Positions 52,238-61,388 of a stretch of 64,000 bases of DNA are shown one piece after another. The notes beneath the pieces are model-generated. The model saw only the letters and a program-made list of their open reading frames with translations. It searched no databases and was not told the origin of the DNA. Both the position numbers and the translations under genes were made by a program. The stretch lies in contig CBDBGH010000003.1 in the NCBI GenBank assembly GCA_965205265.1, positions 4,576,001-4,640,000 on the forward strand, read 5' to 3'. Numbering within the stretch: the first letter of the stretch is position 1; the number at the start of each line of letters is the position of its first letter. The DNA is from Alphaproteobacteria bacterium (GTDB lineage: Bacteria; Pseudomonadota; Alphaproteobacteria; Bin95).

Positions 52238-52788
52238 CCGGCGGCCGCCTCGTCCTGGTCGTGGGCCCGAGCGGCGCCGGGAAGGACACGCTGATCCGGC
52301 AGGCCGAAGCCGAACTGGGTTCCGAGGCCCGCTATCGCTTCCCCCGGCGCTATATCACGCGGCCCGCCGGAGACCCGCATGAGGACCATGTCGCGCTGAC
52401 GGAGGAGGAATTTCTAGCGCGCGAACGGGCCGGCGAATTCAGCCTGGTCTGGCGCGCCCACGGCCTCGGCTACGCGCTGCCCCGAACGGTGGACAGCCTT
52501 GTTGCGGACGGGCTCATCGTCATAGCCAATGTGTCGCGAACCGTCGTCGGGCAAGCCCGAAGCCGGTTCGTGCGCGTCGGCGTCATTCAGGTGACGGCAA
52601 GCGGGGAGACGCTCGCGCTTCGCCTCGCCGGGAGGGACCGCGAATCTGCGGAGGACCGCGCCCGCCGTCTCGCGCGGCCCGCGCCGGCCTTTCCCGACGG
52701 CCCCGATATCCGCACCCTCGTCAATGACGGCCCGCTGGAAGCTGCGGCGGCGGCGTTTCTCGGCCTGCTCCGCTCCTTCGAGCTATGA
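52234..52788 (+). CDS. phnN: Ribose 1,5-bisphosphokinase PhnN
   Basis: VVGPSGAGKDTL, RRYITRP, WRAHGLGY, NVSR, RLAGRDRE. Confidence 0.93.
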   Translation: MTGGRLVLVVGPSGAGKDTLIRQAEAELGSEARYRFPRRYITRPAGDPHEDHVALTEEEFLARERAGEFSLVWRAHGLGYALPRTVDSLVADGLIVIANVSRTVVGQARSRFVRVGVIQVTASGETLALRLAGRDRESAEDRARRLARPAPAFPDGPDIRTLVNDGPLEAAAAAFLGLLRSFEL

Positions 52789-52797
52789 AGCCGTCTC

Positions 52798-53211
52798 CTA
52801 CTCGGCAGCCTCGGCCGAAACCGGCGCGTCCACGATCCGGGTCTCGAAATTCGCCGGCGCGACGATTTCCAGGACCTCGAAGTCCTTCGAGCAGGCGATC
52901 TCGCGATGCGCGATGCCGGGGCGCTGGTTGATGCAGTCGCCCTTCTCGATGCGGCGCACGCCCTCGCCCTCATATTCGAACTCGGCCCAGCCGTTCAGCA
53001 CCATGACGAACTGGAAGGTGCAGTCATGGACGTGCCAATGCTGCACATCGTCCTTCATTTCCTTGCCGTTCGCCTTGACGATATGGGCGATATAGTCGCC
53101 CTTGGTCGCCGCCTTGATGCCGAGGTCCCGGTATTCGAAGATCTCGCGCAGACCTTCCGTCCAGACGGCCTCCGAGGCCCTGTTGTGGGCAAAGTCCCAA
53201 TTGTCGGTCAT
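52798..53211 (-). CDS. Cupin-domain protein
   Basis: FEYRDLGI, WHVH..FQ, HRE..CS, LEIVAPA. Confidence 0.85.
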   Translation of the reverse strand: MTDNWDFAHNRASEAVWTEGLREIFEYRDLGIKAATKGDYIAHIVKANGKEMKDDVQHWHVHDCTFQFVMVLNGWAEFEYEGEGVRRIEKGDCINQRPGIAHREIACSKDFEVLEIVAPANFETRIVDAPVSAEAAE

Positions 53212-53360
53212 GGCATCCTCCGTTCGATGCTGCCGTCAATCCTACAATCGGCGCCGCGAAGCGTAAATCGGGACGGCGCTTCGTGGTATTGATGCATGGC
53301 TGGAGACTGACCTTGCCGCGCACCGCCGGGGTCGCGGCCGAAGCCCAGGGGAGACCGCCG

Positions 53361-54296
53361 ATGACCGAAGCCCGGACCGACCTCCCGCAATGGCGCGAGC
53401 CGGAGGCGTTGATCGAGACCGGCGCGCTCGAGAAGAGCCTGGGCGCGCCGGAACTGCGCATCGTGGACTGCACCACATGGCTGAGGCCGGCGGAGCCGGG
53501 CGACGACGCCCCTTACCGCGTGGTGCCGGGACGGGCCGAGTATGACGAAGCGCATATCCCGGGCGCCGTCTTCCTGGACCTCCAGGGAATGGCCTCGGAC
53601 CCCGGCACGCGCCTCAAATTCATGGCGCCGTCGCCCGAACGCTTCGCGGAGGCCATGGGCGCGCTCGGCATCGGCGACACCTCCCGCGTGGTGCTCTACT
53701 CGGCCGGCAGCATCATGTGGGCGACCCGCGTCTGGTGGATGCTGCGCGCCTTCGGCTTCGAGCGCGCAGCCGTGCTCGACGGCGGCTGGGGGAAGTGGAA
53801 GGCGGAGGGCCGCCCCGTCTCCTCCGAGCCGGCGCAATATCCGAGGGCGCGTTTCACCGCATCCTTCGCGCCGGACCGGTTCGTGGACCGGGACTATGTG
53901 CTTTCCCGGCTGGACGACGCCGATACCGTCATGGTGAATGCGCTCGCGCCCGCCTTCCATCTCGGCGAGGGGCCGAGCCGCTACGGCAGGCCCGGGCGCA
54001 TCCCCGGCAGCGTCAACGTGCCGGCGTCCGGCCTGCTCGACCCGTCCAACGGGGCCTTCGTGGCGCTGGACGAGGCGCGGCGGCTGCATGAGGAAGCCGG
54101 TATCGACCGGGACCGCCATGTCGTCGCCTATTGCGGCGGCGGCATCTCCGCCACTGTCGGCCTGTTCCTTCTGCACCAGCTCGGCTATGACGACCTGACC
54201 CTCTATGACGGCTCGATGGGAGACTGGGCCCCGGACCCCGGCCTGCCCATAGAAACGGGCCCGCAACCGCCTTCGCGCCGTGGGAGCCAGCCATGA
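53361..54296 (+). CDS. Tandem-rhodanese sulfurtransferase (SseA-like)
   Basis: HIPGA, LDGG, GRIPGS, YCGGGISA, LYDGSMGDW. Confidence 0.92.
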   Translation: MTEARTDLPQWREPEALIETGALEKSLGAPELRIVDCTTWLRPAEPGDDAPYRVVPGRAEYDEAHIPGAVFLDLQGMASDPGTRLKFMAPSPERFAEAMGALGIGDTSRVVLYSAGSIMWATRVWWMLRAFGFERAAVLDGGWGKWKAEGRPVSSEPAQYPRARFTASFAPDRFVDRDYVLSRLDDADTVMVNALAPAFHLGEGPSRYGRPGRIPGSVNVPASGLLDPSNGAFVALDEARRLHEEAGIDRDRHVVAYCGGGISATVGLFLLHQLGYDDLTLYDGSMGDWAPDPGLPIETGPQPPSRRGSQP

Positions 54297-55180
54297 CACT
54301 CCGGTTCCGCAAGCTTCACCCGCATTTCGCCGCCGAGGCGAGCCCGGTCGATCTCCGCCGCGTGCATGACGAGGAGACCCTGGAGAGCATCCGCGCGGCC
54401 ATGGACGAACATGCCGTGCTCGTCTTCCGCGACCAGGCGTTCTCCGGCGGGGAGCAGCTCGATTTCGCCGCCCGGCTCGACGGCGAGTTCCACCGCAAGA
54501 CCGGCTTCAGCGTCCTGCAGAAGAACCGCTTCGGCGACGAGGCGCTCTCCGATGTCTCGAATGTCGAGGCGGACGGGCAGGTGGTGGAAGCGGACAGCCG
54601 CAGGCGCCTCTACGCGCTCGGCAACCGCCTCTGGCACACGGACGCCTCGTTCCAGGACCCGCGCGGGCGCTATTCCATGCTTGCCGCCCTCGTGGTGCCG
54701 CCGGTGCCGGCCGACACCGAGTTCGCGGATATGCGCACCGCATACGACACGCTGCCGGAGGAGACGAAGGCGGGGCTGGAGGGCCTCCGCGTGCACCATT
54801 CCATCGCCCACTCGCGCATGACGCTCGGCTTCGAATTCTCCGAGGAGGAGCGCGACCGGCTCAAGGGCGCGGTCCACCCGCTCGTGCTGACCAACCCGCG
54901 CACCGGGCGGCGCGCGCTCTATCTCGCCTCGCACGCCTCGCGGATACTCGACCGCCCGGTGCCGGAAGGCCGGCTCATCCTGCGCGACCTGACGGAGCAC
55001 GCGACCCGGCCCGAACTCGTCTATCGGCATTCCTGGCGGGACGGCGATTTCGTCATCTGGGACAACCGCGCCACCATGCACCGCGCCTGCCCCTACGAAG
55101 ACACGGTGTACCGCCGGGAAATGCGCCGCGTCACCACGCTGGACACCGGCGACCCGGCGCGGGTTGCACAGCCGGCATAA
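54293..55180 (+). CDS. TauD/TfdA-family dioxygenase
   Basis: NRLWHTDASF, TEFADMR, IWDNRATMHR. Confidence 0.9.
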   Translation: MTLRFRKLHPHFAAEASPVDLRRVHDEETLESIRAAMDEHAVLVFRDQAFSGGEQLDFAARLDGEFHRKTGFSVLQKNRFGDEALSDVSNVEADGQVVEADSRRRLYALGNRLWHTDASFQDPRGRYSMLAALVVPPVPADTEFADMRTAYDTLPEETKAGLEGLRVHHSIAHSRMTLGFEFSEEERDRLKGAVHPLVLTNPRTGRRALYLASHASRILDRPVPEGRLILRDLTEHATRPELVYRHSWRDGDFVIWDNRATMHRACPYEDTVYRREMRRVTTLDTGDPARVAQPA

Positions 55181-55243
55181 CCGCGTCCCGCCGGTGTGTC
55201 TTTTGCGCCTGAGCGCGCCTTCACCGCTATCGGACCGCCTCGA

Positions 55244-56473
55244 ATGAAGCCCCTCGAAGACATCCGCGTGCTCTCGGTTACGGTGTTCCTCGCCGGCCCG
55301 TTCCTTGGCATGACGCTTGCCCGCTTCGGCGCGGAGGTCATCAAGGTCGAGATGCCGGGGGCGGGCGACCCGATCCGCAGCGCCGGACCCTTTCACGGGC
55401 CGAAAGGAGTGCATGCCGAGCGGCAGACGGAGGACGACCTCTCGGTCCGGTTCCTGAAACGGTCGGAAGGCGTGAAGAGCGTTACGCTCAACCTGAAGGA
55501 CCCGGAAGGGCGCCGGATGTTCCTCGACATGGCGAAGCAGTCCGACGTCGTGATCGAGAACCTCTCGCCCGGCTCCATGAAACGGATGGGACTCGGCTAT
55601 GAGGACATCGCCGCCGTCAATCCGGGCATCGTCTATTGTTCCATCGCCGGCTACGGCCAGACCGGCCCCTACAAGGACCTTCCCGCGCACGACCACCAGA
55701 TCCAGGCCATGTCCGGCATCATGGACATGAACGGGGCGGCCGACGGACCGCCGACGCGGATCGGCGTCTTCGTCGGCGACCTCGTGACGCCGCTCTACGC
55801 CGCCTATTCGATCCTGGGCGCGCTCCGCCACAGGGAGAAGACCGGCGAGGGCCAATATCTCGACGCCTCCATGATCGACACGCTCGCCACCCTCATGTTC
55901 ATGGAGCCGATGGAATATGTGCTGAAGGACGGGCAGCCGGTGCGCGCCGGTAATGACAGCCGCAACGACGTGACCGGCCTCTACCGCCTGAGCGACGGCG
56001 ACGTGATTATCACGGTGGGCCTGTCGCTGCGCCTCGGCGCCCTGCTCGGCGCGCTCGGCGCCCCGGAACTGCTTGAGGAGGCGCGTTTCGCCACCCCGGA
56101 GGCGCGGGAAGCGAATATCGCCGCGCTCAGGGCGGAAATCCAGGCGCGGCTCGGGGCATATAGCTGCGAGGAAGGGATTGCGCTGCTCCAGGGGGCGGGC
56201 GTGCCGGTTGCGCGCGTCCGCACGATCTCGGAAGCGATAGAGGACGGGCATTTCCGCGCGCGCGGCACGCTCAGGCCGATGTTCCGGCAGGGTTCGGACG
56301 AACCGGTGGAGGGCGGGGTCGTCTCGGGGTTCCCGGTCAAATTCTCCGGCGGCGATCTGCCGAAGCTCGACGGCGGCCCGCAGCTCGGCCACCACAATCG
56401 CGAGGTCTTCGGGCGGCTCCTCGGCCTCGACGCAGAGGCCGTGGCCGAGCTTGAGACGCGCGGGGTGGTATAG
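55244..56473 (+). CDS. CaiB/BaiF family III CoA-transferase
   Basis: LAGPF, GAEVIKVE, DVVIEN, GYGQTGPY, QAMSG, GDL. Confidence 0.92.
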   Translation: MKPLEDIRVLSVTVFLAGPFLGMTLARFGAEVIKVEMPGAGDPIRSAGPFHGPKGVHAERQTEDDLSVRFLKRSEGVKSVTLNLKDPEGRRMFLDMAKQSDVVIENLSPGSMKRMGLGYEDIAAVNPGIVYCSIAGYGQTGPYKDLPAHDHQIQAMSGIMDMNGAADGPPTRIGVFVGDLVTPLYAAYSILGALRHREKTGEGQYLDASMIDTLATLMFMEPMEYVLKDGQPVRAGNDSRNDVTGLYRLSDGDVIITVGLSLRLGALLGALGAPELLEEARFATPEAREANIAALRAEIQARLGAYSCEEGIALLQGAGVPVARVRTISEAIEDGHFRARGTLRPMFRQGSDEPVEGGVVSGFPVKFSGGDLPKLDGGPQLGHHNREVFGRLLGLDAEAVAELETRGVV

Positions 56474-56523
56474 GGTCGAGCCGCCCGGCGGCAGGAGCGA
56501 GGGAATCGAAGGGAGATTACAAA

Positions 56524-56733
56524 GATAGGTTGACGGGGGAGACCGACGACATTTCTTCCGTCATACCTCAACGCCCCCTCCGTCATACTCGGACTTGTTC
56601 CGGGTATCTCTCTCCACCGCTGCCGCCGGACGGCCGCATGGATACCCGGAACAAGTCCGGGTATGACGATATGGGGGCGGGTTGGACGCCGGAGAGAAGG
56701 TGCGAAGCCTCCCAAACCTGTTGTCAACCTATC
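56524..56733. mobile_element. MITE-like segment with 11-bp terminal inverted repeats enclosing a REP palindrome
   Basis: GATAGGTTGAC (56524) and GTCAACCTATC (56723-56733). Confidence 0.45.
56581..56668. repeat. REP-type palindrome, second family member
   Basis: CGTCATACTCGGACTTGTTCCGGGTATC ... GATACCCGGAACAAGTCCGGGTATGACG. Confidence 0.85.
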
Positions 56734-56770
56734 CATATAAGCCCCAATCGAAGGTTGTCTCTGTCCGATC

Positions 56771-56827
56771 GGAAATATTTAAATAAATTCTCATTACTCC
56801 TTGACATAAGGGAAAATATGCTACAAT
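56771..56827 (+). promoter_or_regulatory. AT-rich promoter-like sequence
   Basis: AT tract, TTGACA at 56801, extended -10 TGCTACAAT (15-bp spacer, short). Confidence 0.45.
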
Positions 56828-57222
56828 AGCAGCAGAGAGGCGGCTCCCGGGGCCGCCTTTCGCTTTTCTGCGCAGGAAAGCGGCTGGGGGCCGAAAAAAC
56901 CCCGGCGGGAGGCGATGGGAGAAGTGCGTCCGCCGTCTCGCGCGCGCAATCAGGCGCACGAACCGCGCCGGCGCGAAACGCCCGCCCGGCCGCGCACGGG
57001 CGCGCAGGCGATACGCGCGGAAAAGGGTCCCGCCGCAGGCCCGCGGCGGGAGCGGAACCGGATCGAAAGGAAGGACCTGTGCCGAAGACAGACAGGCGAC
57101 GGGACAAGGCGGAATGCCCGGAGCTCCTGCCCGAAACGACAGCGTCATGCCGGAACGGGCATCCGAATATGCGCTGTATGCATGAGGAACATGACACAAC
57201 ATGACATCTCGTAACTGCCCAG

Positions 57223-57378
57223 TGGAGCGGGCCCCTGGGGTCGGACAGTTGGGTTGAAAAGCATTGACAGGTGTGAGGGCACCGGAAGGATAGAGCTCAT
57301 GAGGAAGCACCGTACGAACCGTACATGCAGCATCGCCTTCAAGCGCCAGGTTGCCGAGGAGTATCTCGCCGGCGATAT
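57223..57378 (+). mobile_element. IS3-family remnant (left end and start of OrfA)
   Basis: TGGAGCGGGCCCCTGGGGTCGGACA end followed by MRKHRTNRTCSIAFKRQVAEEYLAG, then truncated. Confidence 0.7.
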
Positions 57379-57447
57379 CTCGTCCTTCTTCGCCGGCCTG
57401 CGCCAGAGCGCGGTCCGTTCGCCGGCGCGAAACAGGAGCGGAAACCG

Positions 57448-58116
57448 ATGACCTTCACCTGCATCGCGCGCGATGCGGCCACGGGCGAGCTCGGCATCGC
57501 GACGGCGACGCGCTCGCTCGCCGTTGGCGTGCGCGTGCCGCACGTCTCGCGCCTCGGAGCGGTCGCCATCATGGCGATTGCCGATTACCGCCTCGGCCGG
57601 CTGGCGCAGGACCTGCTGGCCAACGGGTGCCCCGCCCAGGCGGCGATCGACGCTCTCGTCGCGGCCGATCCCTGGCCCGAATACCGGCAATTGGGGATTA
57701 TCGATGCGGAAGGCCGGGTAGCGGCGCGCACCGGCAGGGAGAACCGGGACTTCGCCGGCCACCATATGCGCGACGGGCTGGTCGCGCTCGGCAATGTGCT
57801 GACCGGCGAGCATGTGCTGGACGCCATAGAGGGAGGCTTTCAGGGCGGCTCGCTGGCGGAACGCCTGCTCGCCGCGCTGGAGGCGGGCCGCGACGCCGGC
57901 GGCCAGCATGGCGGGCAGAACTCCGCCGCCCTCGTCACCTGGGGCGGGCACGACTTCCCGCGCGTCGATCTCAGGGTCGATATCCACGACGAGCCGGTGG
58001 GCGAGCTCAGGCGCGTGTTCGACGCCTGGACGCCCGCAGGCGACTACTACACGGAGCGGCAACTGGACCCCCGCGTGCGCCCCCTGCACGAGACGCTGCC
58101 GGGCCGGGGTTACTGA
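57448..58116 (+). CDS. DUF1028 Ntn-hydrolase family protein
   Basis: MTFTCIARDAATGELGIA, RQLGI, GNVL, DLRVD; RBS AGGAG. Confidence 0.88.
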   Translation: MTFTCIARDAATGELGIATATRSLAVGVRVPHVSRLGAVAIMAIADYRLGRLAQDLLANGCPAQAAIDALVAADPWPEYRQLGIIDAEGRVAARTGRENRDFAGHHMRDGLVALGNVLTGEHVLDAIEGGFQGGSLAERLLAALEAGRDAGGQHGGQNSAALVTWGGHDFPRVDLRVDIHDEPVGELRRVFDAWTPAGDYYTERQLDPRVRPLHETLPGRGY

Positions 58117-60383
58117 CCCCGGTTGTTTCCTGCCGCGTGGGCGGCGAAAACGGCCATGTTGACGACCTCGGACACCTTGGCGCCCATCTGGACGATCTGG
58201 ACCGGTTTGGAAAGCCCGAGCAGCACCGGGCCGATCACCGCCCCGCCGCCCAGCATCTGCAGCATCTTGGCCGAGATGTTGGCGGCGTGCAGGCTCGGCA
58301 TGACGAGCACATTGGCGGGCCCGGAAAGACGCGCGAAGGGATAGAGCTGGCGCATCAGTTCCTCGTCGAGCGCGGCGTCCGCCGACATCTCGCCCTCATA
58401 TTCGAAATCGACGCTGCGGGCGTCGAGCACGGATACCGCCTCGCGCACATGGGCGGCCTCGCCGAAGGGCGGGTTGCCGAAATTGGAGAAGGAGAGCAGG
58501 GCGACGCGCGGCTCCGCGCCCATATTGCGCGCCATGCCGGCCGCCGCCGTCGCGATGTCGGCAAGCTGCTCCGGCCCGGGCCGCTCGTTCACCGTGGTAT
58601 CGGCCACGAAGACGGTCTGGTTGCGGCTCACATAGAGCGTCACGCCGCAGGGCGTCGAATCGGCAACCGGCGGCAGCACGTGGCGCACATCCCCGAAACT
58701 CACCTGGAAGGACCGGGTGAGGCCCGTCACCATGGCGTCGGCGGCTCCCGCCGCCACCATGCAGGCGGCAAAGCAATTACGGTCCTGGTGCACCATGCGC
58801 TGTACGTCGCGCTGCAGGTAGCCCCTGCGCTGCAGCCGCTCGTAAAGCATGGCGATGTATTGCGCATTGTCTTCCGAGAGGGCGGCGTTGTGGATTTCCA
58901 GCGGCTCGCCGGAGGCGATGCCGAGCCGCTCCATCTGGGCCTTGACGATTCTCTCCCGCCCGACCAGCACCGGCGTGCCGAAACCCTGCCCGCGGAAGGC
59001 GAGCGCGGCGCGGATGGCGCGCTCTTCCTCGCCCTCCGCGAACACCACGCGGCGCGGCGCGGCCTGCACCTCGGCATAGATGCGCTGGAGGCTGCCCGAG
59101 GTGGAATCGAGGCGGGCGGCGAGCGCGGCCCGGTAGGCGGGCCAGTCCTCGATCGGCTTCTGCGCGACGCCGGTGTCGATGGCGGCGCGCGCCACCGCCT
59201 CCGGCACATTGACGATCAGGCGCGGATCGAAGGGCACGGGAATGACGTAGTCGGGGCCGTATTGCAGCCGCTTGCCGGGATAGGCTGCCGCCGCTTCGTC
59301 GGGCACGTCCTCGCGTGCGAGCGCCGCCAGCGCATCGGCGGCGGCGAGCTTCATCGCGTCGTTGACGGTCGTGGCGCGCACGTCCAGCGCGCCCCGGAAG
59401 ATGTAGGGGAAGCCCAGCACATTGTTGACCTGGTTCGGGTAGTCCGAGCGCCCGGTGCAGACGATGGCGTCGCCGCGGACCTCGCGCACTTCTTCCGGCG
59501 TGATTTCCGGGTCGGGATTGGCGAGTGCGAAGACGATGGGCTTCTCCGCCATCGACGCGATCATCTCGCGCGTGAAGGCGCCCTTGACCGAGAGGCCGAA
59601 GGCGATGTCGGCGCCCTTCATCGCTTCTTCGAGCGTGCGCATCGGCGTCTCGACCGCATGGGCGGACTTCCACTGGTTCATGCCCTCGGCGCGGCCCCGG
59701 TAGATGACGCCGCGCGTGTCGCAGAGCACGACATTCTCCGCCGGCAGGCCGAGCGCCTTGAACAGGTCCACGCAGGCAATGCCGGAGGCGCCCGCGCCGT
59801 TCACCACCATACGGCAGTCCTGGATGCGCCGGCCGGTCAGGTGGAGCGCGTTGATGAGGCCGGCGGCGGAGATGATCGCCGTGCCGTGCTGGTCGTCGTG
59901 GAAGACCGGGATGTCGAGCAGTTCGCGCAGGCGCTCCTCGACGATGAAGCATTCCGGGGCCTTGATGTCTTCCAGGTTGATGCCGCCGAAGCTCTTGCCG
60001 AGATAGCGCACACATTCGATGAAGGCGTCCACGTCCTCCGTGTCCACCTCCAGGTCGATGCCGTCCACATCGGCGAAGCGCTTGAAGAGGACCGCCTTTC
60101 CTTCCATGACCGGCTTGGAGGCGAGCGCGCCGATATTGCCGAGGCCGAGCACGGCGGTGCCGTTAGAGATCACGGCCACCATGTTGCCCTTGGCGGTGTA
60201 GTCGTAGGCGAGGCCCGGGTCCTTCTCGATCTCGAGGCAGGGCGCGGCCACGCCCGGCGAATAAGCGAGCGAGAGCTGGTACTGGGTGGTGAGCGGCTTG
60301 GTCGGCGTCACCTCAACCTTGCCGGGCCGCCCGGCGGCGTGCATCCGCAGCGCCTCGCGCCCGAGCGTGTCGTTGTCAACCAT
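58110..60383 (-). CDS. maeB: NADP-dependent malic enzyme with PTA-like domain
   Basis: LAYSPGVA, KPVMEGKAVLFK, GINLEDIK, FHDDQHGT, TGRSDYPNQVNN, VVFAEGE. Confidence 0.96.
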   Translation of the reverse strand: MVDNDTLGREALRMHAAGRPGKVEVTPTKPLTTQYQLSLAYSPGVAAPCLEIEKDPGLAYDYTAKGNMVAVISNGTAVLGLGNIGALASKPVMEGKAVLFKRFADVDGIDLEVDTEDVDAFIECVRYLGKSFGGINLEDIKAPECFIVEERLRELLDIPVFHDDQHGTAIISAAGLINALHLTGRRIQDCRMVVNGAGASGIACVDLFKALGLPAENVVLCDTRGVIYRGRAEGMNQWKSAHAVETPMRTLEEAMKGADIAFGLSVKGAFTREMIASMAEKPIVFALANPDPEITPEEVREVRGDAIVCTGRSDYPNQVNNVLGFPYIFRGALDVRATTVNDAMKLAAADALAALAREDVPDEAAAAYPGKRLQYGPDYVIPVPFDPRLIVNVPEAVARAAIDTGVAQKPIEDWPAYRAALAARLDSTSGSLQRIYAEVQAAPRRVVFAEGEEERAIRAALAFRGQGFGTPVLVGRERIVKAQMERLGIASGEPLEIHNAALSEDNAQYIAMLYERLQRRGYLQRDVQRMVHQDRNCFAACMVAAGAADAMVTGLTRSFQVSFGDVRHVLPPVADSTPCGVTLYVSRNQTVFVADTTVNERPGPEQLADIATAAAGMARNMGAEPRVALLSFSNFGNPPFGEAAHVREAVSVLDARSVDFEYEGEMSADAALDEELMRQLYPFARLSGPANVLVMPSLHAANISAKMLQMLGGGAVIGPVLLGLSKPVQIVQMGAKVSEVVNMAVFAAHAAGNNRGQ

Positions 60384-60491
60384 CGCGCTTGCCCCCGGCC
60401 TTCCGGCTCTTCGTCGCTCGGCGAATCCTAGTCCGGCAGCGGACCTCTTGCCAATGCCGCCCTGGCCCGGCCCAAGGACCGGGGGCGCCGC

Positions 60492-61277
60492 CTATTCGCT
60501 GACCCGGAAGACGGGGTCGCGGCCGAGGGGCGCGCCGCTGAGATAGCGGGTGAGGAACGCCGCGCAGAATTCGAGCTCCTCCGGCGGCACGGCGGGATGC
60601 AGGCCGGGATTGGCGTGGAGGCGCTTGTCGGCCGAACCGAGCGCGTCGAACAGGGCGAGGCACTGCTCGCGGGTGAAGAGCTCGTCCTCGAGCTGCCAGA
60701 TGAACAGCACGGGGCAGGAGATGACCCGGGCCGCCGCCTCGATGACCGGCTTGTAGTGGGCCGGCTCGGAAACGAGGCCCATCAGCCCCAGCACCGCCAC
60801 CGAGATGCGCGGCTCGGCCGCAACGAAGGGCGCGCCGTAGATCGTGCCCATCGACAGGCCCCAATAGCCGACGGGGCCTGCGCCGACCTCTTCCAGCCCG
60901 GAGACCGCCTCCAGCGCAAGCCGCCAGTCGCGCACCATGTCGCCGGCCGTGCCCTCGCGCTGCCATTCCGGCCAGAAGGAGGCGCGCCCGCCGGGTCCGG
61001 TCTGGCGGCGGCCGTGGACCGGCCCGTCGAGCGAGAGCCCGAAATAGCCTTGCTCGCGGCAGAGGCCGGCGGCGATGTCCGGGATCGGGCGCTGGTGCCG
61101 GTCGCCGGAGGCGCCGTGGCCGTAGCAGACGAGCGGCGCGCCGGGCTTCGAACCGTCGCCGGACCAGAGCACTCCCGTCACCGGGCGCGCGCTCGAATGG
61201 ATAGTGAATTCGCGCGCCGAGGCGCCGTCATGCCGCTCCGTTTCGTGCCATTCGAGCCTGTTGCCGGTCGCAGTCAT
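60492..61277 (-). CDS. Alpha/beta hydrolase (dienelactone hydrolase-like)
   Basis: GHG, DGPVHG, GLSMG, DELF, NPGLH. Confidence 0.8.
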   Translation of the reverse strand: MTATGNRLEWHETERHDGASAREFTIHSSARPVTGVLWSGDGSKPGAPLVCYGHGASGDRHQRPIPDIAAGLCREQGYFGLSLDGPVHGRRQTGPGGRASFWPEWQREGTAGDMVRDWRLALEAVSGLEEVGAGPVGYWGLSMGTIYGAPFVAAEPRISVAVLGLMGLVSEPAHYKPVIEAAARVISCPVLFIWQLEDELFTREQCLALFDALGSADKRLHANPGLHPAVPPEELEFCAAFLTRYLSGAPLGRDPVFRVSE

Positions 61278-61388
61278 GGGGTGCATCCTGAAGCCGTGGC
61301 GGGGGTTCGGCGGAGTGTTCGCCCGCCGGCCTTCCGGGTCAAGAAGGCCGCCTCGGGATTTTCACGGCGGCAGAGGGGGAGCATATCC

